Below are positions 30,258-43,330 of a DNA stretch of 64,000 nucleotides, in pieces. This DNA comes from the human T2T-CHM13v2.0 reference genome, Homo sapiens. A program made the translations under genes and the position numbers. Position 1 is the first letter of the stretch. The number at the start of each line of letters is the position of its first letter. The stretch lies in NCBI RefSeq assembly GCF_009914755.1, contig NC_060933.1. One strand, written 5' to 3'. Below the pieces are notes generated by a model. That model did not search any database and was not told the DNA's origin. It saw nothing but the letters and a program-made list of their open reading frames with translations.

Positions 30258-30833
30258 TGTGTCCCGGTAGTGATTGCTGTGTGTGCAAATCAACCCTGTT
30301 GTGTGCTCATGATCCTGTGAGGCAGGAAGCTAGACAGGGTGTGCTGGGCATGCCTGTTTCTGATTCACCATCTCTGGGGCCTTCTTTCTGGAAAGATTCA
30401 ACAGCTGGGGGCTAGAACCACTTGAAGGCGCCTTTCCTCCCTGTGTGGTGGTTGATACCAGCAGATGCCAAGGAGCTCAGCTGGGACTGTTGACCGCAGC
30501 TCCTGCACACGGCCTCTCCATGCAGCTTGGGCTTCCTCACAGCATGGCTGCCTCAGAGGAGCCAGACTTCTTATCTGGTGGTTCCAGGCTCCAAAAGCGA
30601 GTGGACCAGTAGACCCAGCAGAAACTGCATGGCCCTGTGACCCAGTGACCAGATGCCACATGCATCACTCTTCCCAGATGCTATTGGCCCAAACAGTCAC
30701 AAGTCCGCCCAGATTCAGAGGGAAAGAATGTAGACCCCACCTCTTGATGGAAGGGTGGTAAGGTTACACTGTAGACGAGTGTGTGGGAGGGAAGATAGTG
30801 TCACATTCATCTGTGGAAAATATAATCTTCCAC
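30258..30833 (-). mobile_element. MLT1 (G/H-like) LTR
   Basis: ggcctctccatgcagcttgggcttcctcacagcatggctgcctca...gaccccacctcttgatgg. Confidence 0.8.
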
Positions 30834-30894
30834 GTCATGTTAACGCACACAGCCTCTTGGGTACTGAGCAATGAAATAAGAAATCGATCGATTG

Positions 30895-31082
30895 CCCTAT
30901 CTATCTCTTTATCGGTCACTCCATCATCTATTATCTGTCATATATATCTCTATCCATCAATCACCTATCTGTAGCTATCTGTAGCTATCTATAGCTATAT
31001 GTCATCTATCTATCCATTCATCATCTATCTGTCATCTATGTGTCTATCATCCCTTTTTCTACCATCATCTTTTATTTATCTC
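30895..31082. repeat. Degenerate (TATC)n simple repeat
   Basis: Visible. Confidence 0.85.
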
Positions 31083-32271
31083 TCTGGGGTGATTTGACAC
31101 TTTAAATCTCACCCCTCTCCCCATTCCTTCTATCAAATGCTTTTAAAGGAGTAAGTTTCATGAACCTATTGTTAGATTTTACTAAAATCTTTACTAAAGG
31201 TTTACTAAACCTTCCAAGGAAACATTAGCATGACTTTTAAAATAAAGGATTTTGTGGTAGTTTCTGATTGAGTGAGGCTGCCAGTAATATTGATTACAAT
31301 TGTCTGAACAATGGTATTTTCCTGAGTTCCCATTCTGCAGCAGGATTCTGGACTCACCTGGGTTAGGATCCCCAGATGGGTTCAGGTGCCCCTCACACCT
31401 GCCCTTGTCTTTTCATCACCAAGTTTTGCACTGACATTTCCTTCCTCTATACCCTCCCTCGTCACCTCCAGAAGGCCCTGTGGAAGTTGTATTAGCTCCT
31501 GGAATGTGGTTAAGAAACTATTCCCGGCTACTGTCCACCACCCTTCCTGGCAGGGCAGCTCTGAGCAGCCTTCACCCCAGTTGGGTCAGACCCAGACCCG
31601 ATTGCACTGTGGCCCACATGCCCTCAGCAGACCCTAGAGTCAAATGCCTTACAGTGCAGAGGGAAAATCTCTGGGCCAGGAGCCCCAGCCCTGTGTCATA
31701 GCCTGGGCTCTGCTGGGCCTCAGTGCCCTTCCATGTTCACTGAAGGGTCTGGCCAGAGGATCACAGGGTCAGTCCCTTACCGTCCCATGACCGTGGTGCG
31801 TGGACTGTCTTCCCTGGCACCCCAGATACCCTTCTCCTCTGTCCACCCCCAGATTTTGGAGGGGGGATTGGGTTGCAGGATCCTTGCTCTTGGACTGAGT
31901 GTGGGGTGAGCACCAGCCTGCCTCACTTTTCATCAAGGAAGGAGCAAAGATGGAACAAGTACCAGTCTGTTTCCAAAATGAGGTATTTTCTTATATTCTG
32001 TGAGGCTGTTAAGGCCTTAGAGCCCCTCTGACCCCAAGGAGGTTCCCCTAGCCAGCCCAAAGACTCTGGAGGGGGGTTAGCCTGTTTGAATGAAATTTGA
32101 ATCAATAAATGTAAACACACACACTGCAAAATTCTTGTTTATGATTTTTAATCCCAAATATTTGATCTTTTGCTATTTTTCTTTTATGGCACCTGAAATC
32201 AAGATCACATTTAGAAACCAAAGCTCACTCTGTTCAGCTAAGCTTGATAGTTGAATCATTTACTATAAAGT

Positions 32272-32273
<2 letters not shown>

Positions 32274-32308
<35 letters not shown>
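32274..32308. repeat. (TG)17 microsatellite
   Basis: Visible. Confidence 0.97.
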
Positions 32309-32310
<2 letters not shown>

Positions 32311-34887
32311 CAGTGACAAGACTGGAATTAGGCAAATGTTCATGTGTTGAAATGTGGGCATAGTGGTGTTTTGTGCATGGAATTTGAGTTCTGTTCTTAG
32401 AACTCTGGCATCAAATGTTTATGACGATCACCAGACTAAGTTTACTTTAATGCAAATGTTGAATTTCTGCCTGATTCTTACGTATATACACATGCCATAG
32501 ATTATTTGAAGGCCTAACAAAAGTCTGTGTGCTTAACAGAGAAAGAAAAAAAATGATGTTTGAAACATTAATATGTAACATTCGTATTTTGGCAAAAAAG
32601 CAAAACAAAACAAAACAATCTCAAGCACATTTTTAATCCAGAGAAAATACACAAAGGGCAAAGACGATAGAGGAACAAAAGCATCACTTAGATAAATGTC
32701 ACAGAGGAAACACAAATTAAAAGTGACTGAGACATGAACATTTCTAGATTAAAAGGTGACTGGCAGCAGGGAGCTGTGCCTACTGAAAGTGACATAGGAG
32801 AGTTCATCTTCTCTGTAATAAAGACCTCGTTGAAAGTGGTAAGTTGCATTTTCCGAAAGAGAAAAATAAAGAACAGAAGTAGACTAGTAATAACAGAAGG
32901 AATGCAAATGAATGCCCTAAAACCTTTTAACCTCTTGAAGCCAAGGTGACCTACACTCAAAATGATGGTCAGTGTGGTCACGGTTTATCACTCTACCCAG
33001 GTATCCACACATTTTTGTATTCATGCAACAAATTGTCATTAGCGGAAATGAGGCTCTCAAAATTATAGAATGCCACATTTAGCCCTCAAAAGTTTATGTG
33101 AGTCAGGGAGACGGACGAGGAGACCTGGTCAGTGAAATTGGCCTCAACACGGATTTCCTACAACTCATAAAGGGTCAGAAGCTGGACAGGCCCTAGAGCC
33201 ACCCAGCCCTGTGTGTCCCAAATGATGCCAGTGTGGGTCGCATTTCCACAGGACCCAGGCAAAATAAACCAAACAAGGATAACACACCAAGGTTTTCGTG
33301 AAGCTCCATTTATCCTGCCCTTTATTCTGAGATCATATTCTTCCTGTTGGCAGGAGACAGAGGGGTTATTAAATGGTTTTCAAATATTGGCAACTCCTAG
33401 GTTGCCTTTTCGTTTTTGAGGCTTGGGGGAGAATTTTACCGATAGACAAAAGTCCCAAACCTGGCGGCCTATGAGCTAATTCACCCCCATCCCTGGTGCA
33501 GAGGTGAGCTGCACCAGGCCAGGAGAGGGCCAGGAACTCGGCCAAGACCCAGGTGAACACCGAGGGCAGAGCTAGGGTGGCAGGTGCCCTCAGGATGCTC
33601 GTAGTTCCTCCTGCCTCCTCACTGCCTCCTTGGCGGGGAGGTCTCTGGCACTCCTGTGAAGTGACTGCTTTTGGATGGTTGTGCCTTGTTCCTCTGGGGC
33701 AATCAACGGAGTTGGCAGATGTAGGCTGCCCTGTGAAGCACATGGGCAATGCCTCAGCAGAGCATCTGTGGCTCTCCTTAGGGACCTGGGTTTCCTGTTG
33801 GCTGTACTGCACTCAGTGCTGTGAGCAAACACTGCGGCCTCTGTGGGTAGATGGAAGCCAGCACACAGAGGGGCTGGCAGGAGATGGATCAGGGTGGATG
33901 GAGGCGCCATCACTTACTCGAATTACTTAGGAGAGTGGCCAGAGTGGATTTTGAAGAAGTCTGAATTGAGTTGAGGTTGTACGTGCAGCTGTGCGACTTG
34001 GTGCGTGTGTTGATCGCTTGGAAACGGTGTGTGAAGGTCACTGGAAGTTGTCTTCTTGAGATCCTTAAAGAAGCAGGTAAACTGAATAGCTGGATTTGTT
34101 TTTTCCTTCTGGGTAAACAGTCAGGAGAGGTTTCTGAGAGTGTGTCAAACATTTTCTCAGGATTTTCCAAAGCTTGCTTGGCAGTGGTGCTGGTGACATG
34201 AATTTGTGGTGCCCATGAGGAAATGTTTCTTTAAGAAAAGGTTCCATGTTTGCAAAATCGGAATTAGTGTCCAAATTAGTGACAGTCTGTGGTTTTGGAG
34301 CCCCCAGGGGGTTAGAAGTGCAGTAAAGTATCAGAGCTAAAAGCAAAGGCTTTAGGATCAGAAACACATCCCGACCTTGGCGGGCAGGTCTCAGCAAAGC
34401 GCTCCAAATCCGTGTCCTCATCTGGGAAGTGAGTGTGAGACCCGTGGATGAGGTTGCTGTGAACCTCGCGTGCTTAGCAGGTGCTGGTGCAGAACCGAAC
34501 CCATGCCTGGCACCCGGCCCACGGCGGCTGCCAGTACCGCACTTGTTGCTGGGATTATCCTGCTTTACATGTTTCCAGCGTCACTGAGCAGGTGGGGACT
34601 CATTAGCTGCCGAGAAGCCTTCCGTTCATTCATGTCCCACATCTTCTGATGAGGATTTCAGGTCTCAGGTGGAATTGTTTAGGACATCGTGTTATTGGGA
34701 TCGTAGTCAAAACTTTTTGGCCGGGCTGGGCGTTCTCATTTTGTGGCACAGCCCAGGGAACGAGTGGAGACCCTCCCTCTGCATCCAGACATCCTGGGCC
34801 TCTGCAGCCAAATCCACACTCTCTCTCCCAGGCATCTCTCCCCAGCCCACGGCAAGGCAGCCCTTCCTGTCTCTGCCAGCTCTGCCC

Positions 34888-35369
34888 TCATACGGGTGTC
34901 CTGCTGCCACTGTGACAAATGACCCCCCTGTGTAATGGCTCAAAACAATACAGTTTATTTTCTCACGGATCTGGGGGCTGGAAGTTCACAGTCAGTCTCA
35001 TGGAGGGGAAGTCAAATTGCCAGCTGGCAGGACTGGCTCCTCCCAGAGGCTCTGGGGGAGAATCCGCAACCCTGCCTTTTCCAGCTTCTAGCGGCCTCCT
35101 GCCTTCCTTGGCTTGTGGCCCCTTCCTCTGTCCTCAAAGCACACCCTCCAACCTCCACTTCTGTGGCCCATCACTTCCTAATTCAGACTCCTCCAATCCT
35201 CCTGTCTCTCTCCTACGGGGAGCACTGTGACTGCCCCGGGCCCACCTAGATGAACCGGGTTAATCTCCCATCTCAAAATCCTTCATCACAGCTGCGAGGT
35301 CCCCTCTGTCCTATAAGATCACATCCTCAGTTTCAGAGATTAGGTCATGGGCATATCCAGCCGACCACA
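34888..35369 (-). mobile_element. MLT1 (C/D-like) LTR
   Basis: gaggctctgggggagaatcc...ccttttccagcttctag...ttccttggcttgtggcccc...taatctcccatctcaaaatcctt. Confidence 0.85.
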
Positions 35370-36155
35370 CCCACCCATGGTTGCCCCTTTCTCCAGGAAG
35401 TTCCCAGGATAGATGGTGTGGGATGATGGAATCACCATCCCTCCCACATCCCTGCACGTGCTGTAGGGGGAAAGCCTGGCCCTGCATGGGTGGCCCCTTG
35501 GGAAACTCAGCCCCTCTTCCCAGGGCTCTGGTTCATCTCCTGGGAAACACTCTCCGCTCAGGCTGGGGCAGGCTGTCAGGATGCCCTGAGGCTGGCTGCA
35601 TGTCCCTTCTCCCCATTTCAGCAGCACCCCTCTCCATACTACCCACCCCCACTCTGCCGCAGCACCAGTATATCAAGTATGACTGCCTGGACAAACACCC
35701 TGCTCCACTAGACTTGTGCCCTGCTAGTGTGGATGGGACTTGACTTCTGGTTGGATAGGTGCTGGATAGAGAGGTGTTGAGCTACCGGAAGTCAATGGGG
35801 GTTCCGTGAGCCCTCCGTGCGACAGCGGGCCTGGGGCTTGGGGTGCCAGTGGTCAGGCAGCTGCTGGAAATTGAAGTTGCCCTATAGCAAGCCTCCTTGG
35901 GACTCCCACTCTACTAGGTCATGGACCAGGGATGATGGGGGTGAGCCATCTTCTCCCAGGCTGTGGAGAACTCAGGGGCAGATAGGAGCCCAGGTGACCC
36001 GACAGTCCTACCGCCAGCCCTGTGCCTGATGACGGGGTGCAGCAGAGCTGGGGTCCCACCCGCCTGCCGCTGAGCGGGGGCCAGGACACTTCCTCTGTCT
36101 CCTATACCAAGGGCCTTCCCCAGTGATGCTTTCTGTTCATTCAGTGGTGTGTGTT

Positions 36156-38355
36156 GAGCACCTGCTGCATGCAGGTCCTGGGCTAGGAGTCAGAGGGTCG
36201 CCTGTGAGCACCTACTGTGTGTGAGTCCTTACCTGAGTGTCAGGAGGGTCGCCTGTGAGCACCTACTGTGTGTTGGTCCTTGCCTGGGTGTCAGAGGGGC
36301 GTCTGTGAACACCTACTGTGTGTGACTCCTTGCCTGGGTGTCAGGGGGCGCCTGTGAGCACCTACTGTGTGTGACTCCTTGCCTGGGTGTCAGAGGGGCG
36401 TCTGTGAGCACCTACTGTGTGTGACTCCTTGCCTGGGTGTCAGGAGGGTCGCCTGTGAGCACCTACTCTGTGTGACTCCTTGCCTGGGTGTCAGAGGGGC
36501 GTCTGTGAGCACCTACTGTGTGTGACTCCTTGCCTGGGTGTCAGGGGGCGTCTGTGAGCACCTACTGTGTGTGACTCCTTGCCTGGGTGTCAGGGGGCGT
36601 CTGTGAGCTCCTACTGTGTGTGAGTCCTTGCCTGGGAGTCAGAGGGTCGCCTGTGAGCACCTACTGTTTGTGACTCCTTGCCTGGGTGTCAGGGGGCGCC
36701 TGTGAGCACCTACTGTGTGTGACTCCTTGCCTGGGTGTCAGGGGGCGTCTGTGAGCACCTACTGTGTGTGAGTCCTTGCCTGGGTGTCAGAGGGGCGTCT
36801 GTGAGCACCTACTGTGTGTAAGTCCTTGCCTGGGTGTCAGGGGGCGTCTGTGAGCACCTACTGTGTGTTAGTCCTTGCCTGGGTGTCAGGGGGCGTCTGT
36901 GAGCTCCTACTGTGTGTGAGTCCTTGCCTGGGAGTCAGAGGGTCGCCTGTGAGCACCTACTGTGTGTGACTCCTTGCCTGGGTGTCAGGGGGCGTCTGTG
37001 AGCACCTACTGTGTGTTAGTCCTTGCCTGGGTGTCAGAGGGCGCCTGTGAGCACCTACTGTGTGTGACTCCTTGCCTGGGTGTCAGGGGGCGTCTGTGAG
37101 CACCTACTGTGTGTGACTCCTTGCCTGGGTGTCAGGGGGCGCCTGTGAGCACCTACTGTGTGTGACTCCTTGCCTGGGTGTCAGGGGGTGCCTGTGAGCA
37201 CCTACTGTGTGTGACTCCTTGCCTGGGTGTCAGGGGGCGTCTGTGAGCACCTACTGTGTGTGAGTCCTTGCCTGGGTGTCAGGGGGCACCTGTGAGCTCC
37301 TACTGTGTGTTAGTCCTTGCCTGGGAGTCAGAGGGTCGCCTGTGAGCACCTACTGTGTGTGACTCTTTGCCTGGGAGTTAGAGGGTCGCCTGTGAGCACC
37401 TACTGTGTGTGAGTCCTTGCCTGGGTGTCAGGGGGCGCCTGTGAGCACCTACTGTGTGTTAGTCCTTGCCTGGGTGTCAGGGGGCGTCTGTGAGCTCCTA
37501 CTGTGTGTTAGTCCTTGCCTGGGTGTCAGGGGGCGCCTGTGAGCACCTACTGTGTGTGAGTCCTTGCCTGGGTGTCAGGGGGCGCCTGTGAGCACCTACT
37601 GTGTGTGAGTCCTTGCCTGGGAGTCAGAGGGTCGCCTGTGAGCACCTACTGTGTGTGAGTCCTTGCCTGGGTGTCAGGGGGCGTCTGTGAGCTCCTACTG
37701 TGTGTGAGTCCTTGCCTGGGAGTCAGAGGGGCGCCTGTGAGCACCTACTGTGTGTTAGTCCTTGCCTGGGTGTCAGGGGGCGTCTGTGAGCACCTACTGT
37801 GTGTGAGTCCTTGCCTGGGTGTCAGGGGGCGCCTGTGAACACCTACTGTGTGTGAGTCCTTGCCTGGGAGTCAGAGGGTCGCCTGTGAGCACCTACTGTG
37901 TGTTAGTCCTTGCCTGGGTGTCAGGGGGCATCCGTGAGCTCCTACTGTGTGTGAGTCCTTGCCTGGGAGTCAGAGGGGCGCCTGTGAGCACCTACTGTGT
38001 GTGAGTCCTTGCCTGGGTGTCAGAGGGGCGTCTGTGAGCACCTACTGTGTGTTAGTCCTTGCCTGGGTGTCAGAGGGGCATCTGTGAGCACCTACTGTGT
38101 GTTAGTCCTTGCCTGGGTGTCAGGGGGCACCTGTGAGCTCCTACTGTGTGTGAGTCCTTGCCTGGGAGTCAGAGGGTCGCCTGTGAGCACCTACTGTGTG
38201 TGACTTCTTGCCTGGGTGTCAGGGGGCGTCTGTGAGCACCTACTGTGTGTGAGTCCTTGCCTGGGAGTCAGGGGGCGCCTGTGAGCACCTACTGTGTGTG
38301 AGTCCTTGCCTGGGTGTCAGGGGGCGTCTGTGAGCTCCTACTGTGTGTGAGTCCT
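36156..38355. repeat. VNTR, 49-51-bp unit GAGCACCTACTGTGTGTGAGTCCTTGCCTGGGTGTCAGGGGGCGTCTGT, ~44-45 copies
   Basis: Visible tandem array with L2-like flanks on both sides. Confidence 0.97.
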
Positions 38356-40219
38356 GTGCTAGATGCTTCAGGGCACTGCTGAGTGGCAAAGCACATGGGC
38401 AGAGAGACAGACACCCACCTCCAGCACCATGTAGAAAACCCCACGTGGGGTGCTCCCAGGGGCCCACGGGAACATGGAACAGGGAGAAGGTTCAGCCCAG
38501 AAAGGTGGTTGGCCAGGGAAACCATGGAGGTGCTGGAGGAAAAGGTCCAGGTACTTTGGGCAGATCCAGCTCTTCTCCCTCATCACAGACTTTCCCGTGT
38601 GCCCTTCTGTCAGGGCTGGAGTCACTAGGCTTGAGGTCTGTGGCAAGCCCCGGGCTTCTCTGGGCCTCAGTTTCCTCCCCGATCAATAGGCATAGTGCAC
38701 TTGCCCTGCTTTTTCAGATGAGACGATGGTGGCGCTGGGGCCTTGTGTACTTGGCACTCTCTGATTTCAGAGGAGCATTTTGAGTTTTCTCCAGCCCTGG
38801 GCACCTACCTGGCCCTCTCTGTCTCCTGCCCGTTCCGTGGTGGTTCCCTGTGCAGCAGGCCTTCCTTGGTATCTAACCCACTGAAGGCAAGACATGTGAG
38901 GGCGTGGGTGCCCCTGACGGCTCCCACTTGGGCTGGGGCTGCCCTTGACCTCCACTCGTCAGCCATCAGAATCCCTTCTGCTGTTTGCCTTGGCCTGGGT
39001 GCCTCCCTGCAGCCTCAGTGCCCCAGCAGTCAATGTAAACCTGCCCTGCCTCAGGAATTCCAGACACAGCCTGCCCCGAGGGGCCCCAAGGGGAAGGGAG
39101 GGATGGCTGCATTCTTGGAAATGCCGAGGAACTGGGAACCAGATATCCCCCCACTAGCATCCCACAGCCCTGGATTCAGATCCTCTGGAAGCACCCAGTG
39201 GGGTGCCCAGCATGCGGCCCATGGTGGACCCTGTTCACAAATTTAACCCAGCTGATCAGAGCCTGTCTGGGTGCTGGGAGACGGAGGGAATGAGGCTGGC
39301 ATAGGTCTTGGTCTCTTGGGGGAATCCAATTCAGGAAGATGGATTCAGAAACAAACAAGGATTAAATCACGTGACAGCAGTGGGTGAGGGAATTGGGGCT
39401 CTGTGGCAGGTCTGGATCTGGAGGGATAAGAGGGGGTGCAGGGTGGCTACAGTCAGGGGAGGCCCAGGCAGGAAGGCGGCTGGGCCATCCAAGGAAGGCT
39501 GAGACGTGGGCTGATGACAGTGTGAGAGTTGCTCACTCTGTCAGCAACTCTCAGGAGGAGAAGACAGGAGGAAGAGCTCTTAGTTCCCATCTCCAAGACT
39601 CTCCTGTGGCTACCACCTCGCACACTGCACTCCACCCTGCACCCATGGTGAATTCTAGCTCTCTCTGGCTTGAACTGGCATCTCTCAAAAATGTGACTGC
39701 CTGCTTCTATCTTGGCCACCAGAAGGTGAATCCATGGATTCCTAGTTTCTCTAGTGGCCGTGCTTTGCAGAGAAGGGCACTGCTCTGGATTTAGAGCCAA
39801 CTTTGTATCGTACAGAAAGGTAAATGCAATTTGAGGAGGACCCCGAGCCTCTTTTCCTCTCACCTGCCATAGTAGCAGAAGTCTTACCTTTAGTGCTACC
39901 CCCTCTGTCTCTGGCTCCCATGAGGTCATGACCTTGATGCTCCTGAAGAGGAAGGGTTCTGAAAAGCCCCTGCAACCCTGCCTGGCCCCCTCCCTGGCAG
40001 GCGCCTGATGTCTGCTTCATCCCTGAGGAACAGGATTGCAGCTCCTGGGATGGACAAGCATTCCTGTGCCTTCTGGGCTTATGTCTCGAACATCATTCTC
40101 TTCCAGACTCAGGATTTCCCTGCATTTTGAGGAACTCATACCTTTTCCACCAATGCCTCCACTGTTTTCAGGGTGAGCCCAGCCTCAGTATTTCATAGGC
40201 CCCATTGAAATTGTCACTC

Positions 40220-40330
40220 CCTGATGGATGATGGGCTCCCTGAGAGCAGAGATCATGTCCTTCTTATGTTTGTCCTGCCTGGCCCTAGCTCTGCTAGGTG
40301 CAGAGCCGGAGCTAACCATGTGTGTGTTAT
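40220..40330 (+). mobile_element. L2 3' fragment
   Basis: gggctccctgagagcagagatcatgtcc. Confidence 0.5.
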
Positions 40331-41733
40331 ATGAGGAGATGATGAGGTCACGGACACTCTGAAGGGTTCTAGCTTACAGACTGGCTTTGCTCCTGGAGGC
40401 TTAGAGACTGGCACTGTTGATCCAAAGATGTGACTCTTGGCTTCTGCCCCCTAGAAGACGGTAGAATCCCTTCCCACAGACGTATCAACAATGACAGACT
40501 CTTCCATGGGATACACACAACGTTGTCATCAGATATGGGATTTTAAAAAACTATGATATATATATAAGAAATTAAAATTTAAGATTGATAATTTTAGCGA
40601 AAATTCCAGAAACTATTTAAAAAATAGAAAATTTGGAAATGAAAAAATAGGACTACACCTTTATGGATGCATTTAGCAGTAGACAGCAGACTGGATAATT
40701 AATTAACTGGAAGATAGGTCTAAAAAATATTCAGTTTCCATGGATAGGCAAAAGGATAGAAAATGTAGAAAAGAACATAAGAGTTATATAGGCTATGGTG
40801 ATATAGATTAATACATGAAACTGGAGTCCCAGAATATGAGAAGACACAGAATAAGGCAGAAGCAGTATTTGAAGAGAAATTTCCCAAATTGAAGAAAGAC
40901 AAGAAGCCACAGATCCAAGAAGTGATATATCCCAAAGTAGAATAAATCCAAAGGAAACTACATGTTGGAAAATTGTAGTAAGTATACTGAAAACCAAAGA
41001 CAAAATTTATTATCAACCAAAGAAAAAGACATATTGGTTTTTTTTTAAAAAATGTTAACGTTAGATGGATTGCTAATTTTCTCCACAGAAATGATGGAAG
41101 CCAGACACAATGGAGTGATAACTTCAAAGGACTGAAAGAAAAAGTGGCCCGTCTGGAATTCTATATTCAGTGAAAATATCCTTTAATAATTAAAAGGAAA
41201 CAAGAACATTTTCAGACCATCAAAACCTGATAGAACCAGCTGATTGGCACAAAAAGAAATACTAAAGAGAGCTCTTCAGACAGAAGGAAAATTAACCCAG
41301 ATGGCAGAACAGAAATGCAAGAAGGGATGAAGAGCAATGAAAAAGGTGAATATGTGGTTAGAACTCAATGGATAAAACAATACTAATATCTTGTGATGCT
41401 TAAAATGTGTAGAGAATAAACTATGTCCATGAAAGCATGTAAGTTGAGAGGAAATGGTAAACGAAGTCTTGTAAGGTCCTTTCCTTGTCCAAGAAGTGGT
41501 AAAAGTGCTAATATAGACCAGACTTTAAAATGTCAAGAATGCATGCTACCATCTCTAGGGTAACCACTAAAAGAGTAGAAAATAATGTCTAATTAATTTG
41601 ATTAGATAGAGCAAAAATGAAACAATAAAAAACAAAGAGAAGTCAAGAAAGAAGAAAAAGAAAAACAGGGCAGATGAACCATACGGAAAGAGTAATATGG
41701 TTGATTTAAAGCTCAATATATAATAATTACAGA

Positions 41734-42500
<767 letters not shown>

Positions 42501-42697
42501 AGAATCAGAAAGAATGGATGAATATTAGCTATGTACAATAAATGTATATGGAAAAATACTCCAAATATAAGCCAAAATTTCCCTCACTGGATAAATAACC
42601 CACTCTATATTACTAAAAATATTTATATGTAAATATAAGGATTTAGAAAGGTTGAAAGCAAAGGCATGGCAAACATACCCCAGACAAATAGTAACTA

Positions 42698-43005
<308 letters not shown>

Positions 43006-43009
43006 AGAA

Positions 43010-43044
<35 letters not shown>

Positions 43045-43330
43045 AGAAGAAGAAGAAGAAGAAGAGGAGGAGGAGGAGGAGGAGGAGGGAGGAGGAGGAA
43101 GAAGAAGAAGGAAGAAAAAGAAGAAGGAGGAGGAGGGGGAGGGGGAAGGGGGAAGAGGAGGAGGAGGGGGAGAAGGAGCGGGAGGGGAAGGGGGAAGAGG
43201 AGGAGGAGGGGGAGAAGGAGCGGGGAGGGGAAGGGGGAAGAGGAGGAGGAGGGGGAGAAGGAGCGGGAGGGGAAGGGGGAAGAGAAGGAGGAAAGAAGGA
43301 AGAAGGAAGGAGAAGAAGGAGGATGAGGAA
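43006..43330. repeat. Polypurine tract: (GAA)4 GAG (GAA)14, (GAG)n, then longer G/A units
   Basis: Visible; occupies the position of the AluJ tail. Confidence 0.95.

Noticed and set aside
36156-38355. CRISPR-like array
   Set aside because: Units are contiguous near-identical copies with no unique spacers, there are no cas genes, and the context is primate DNA
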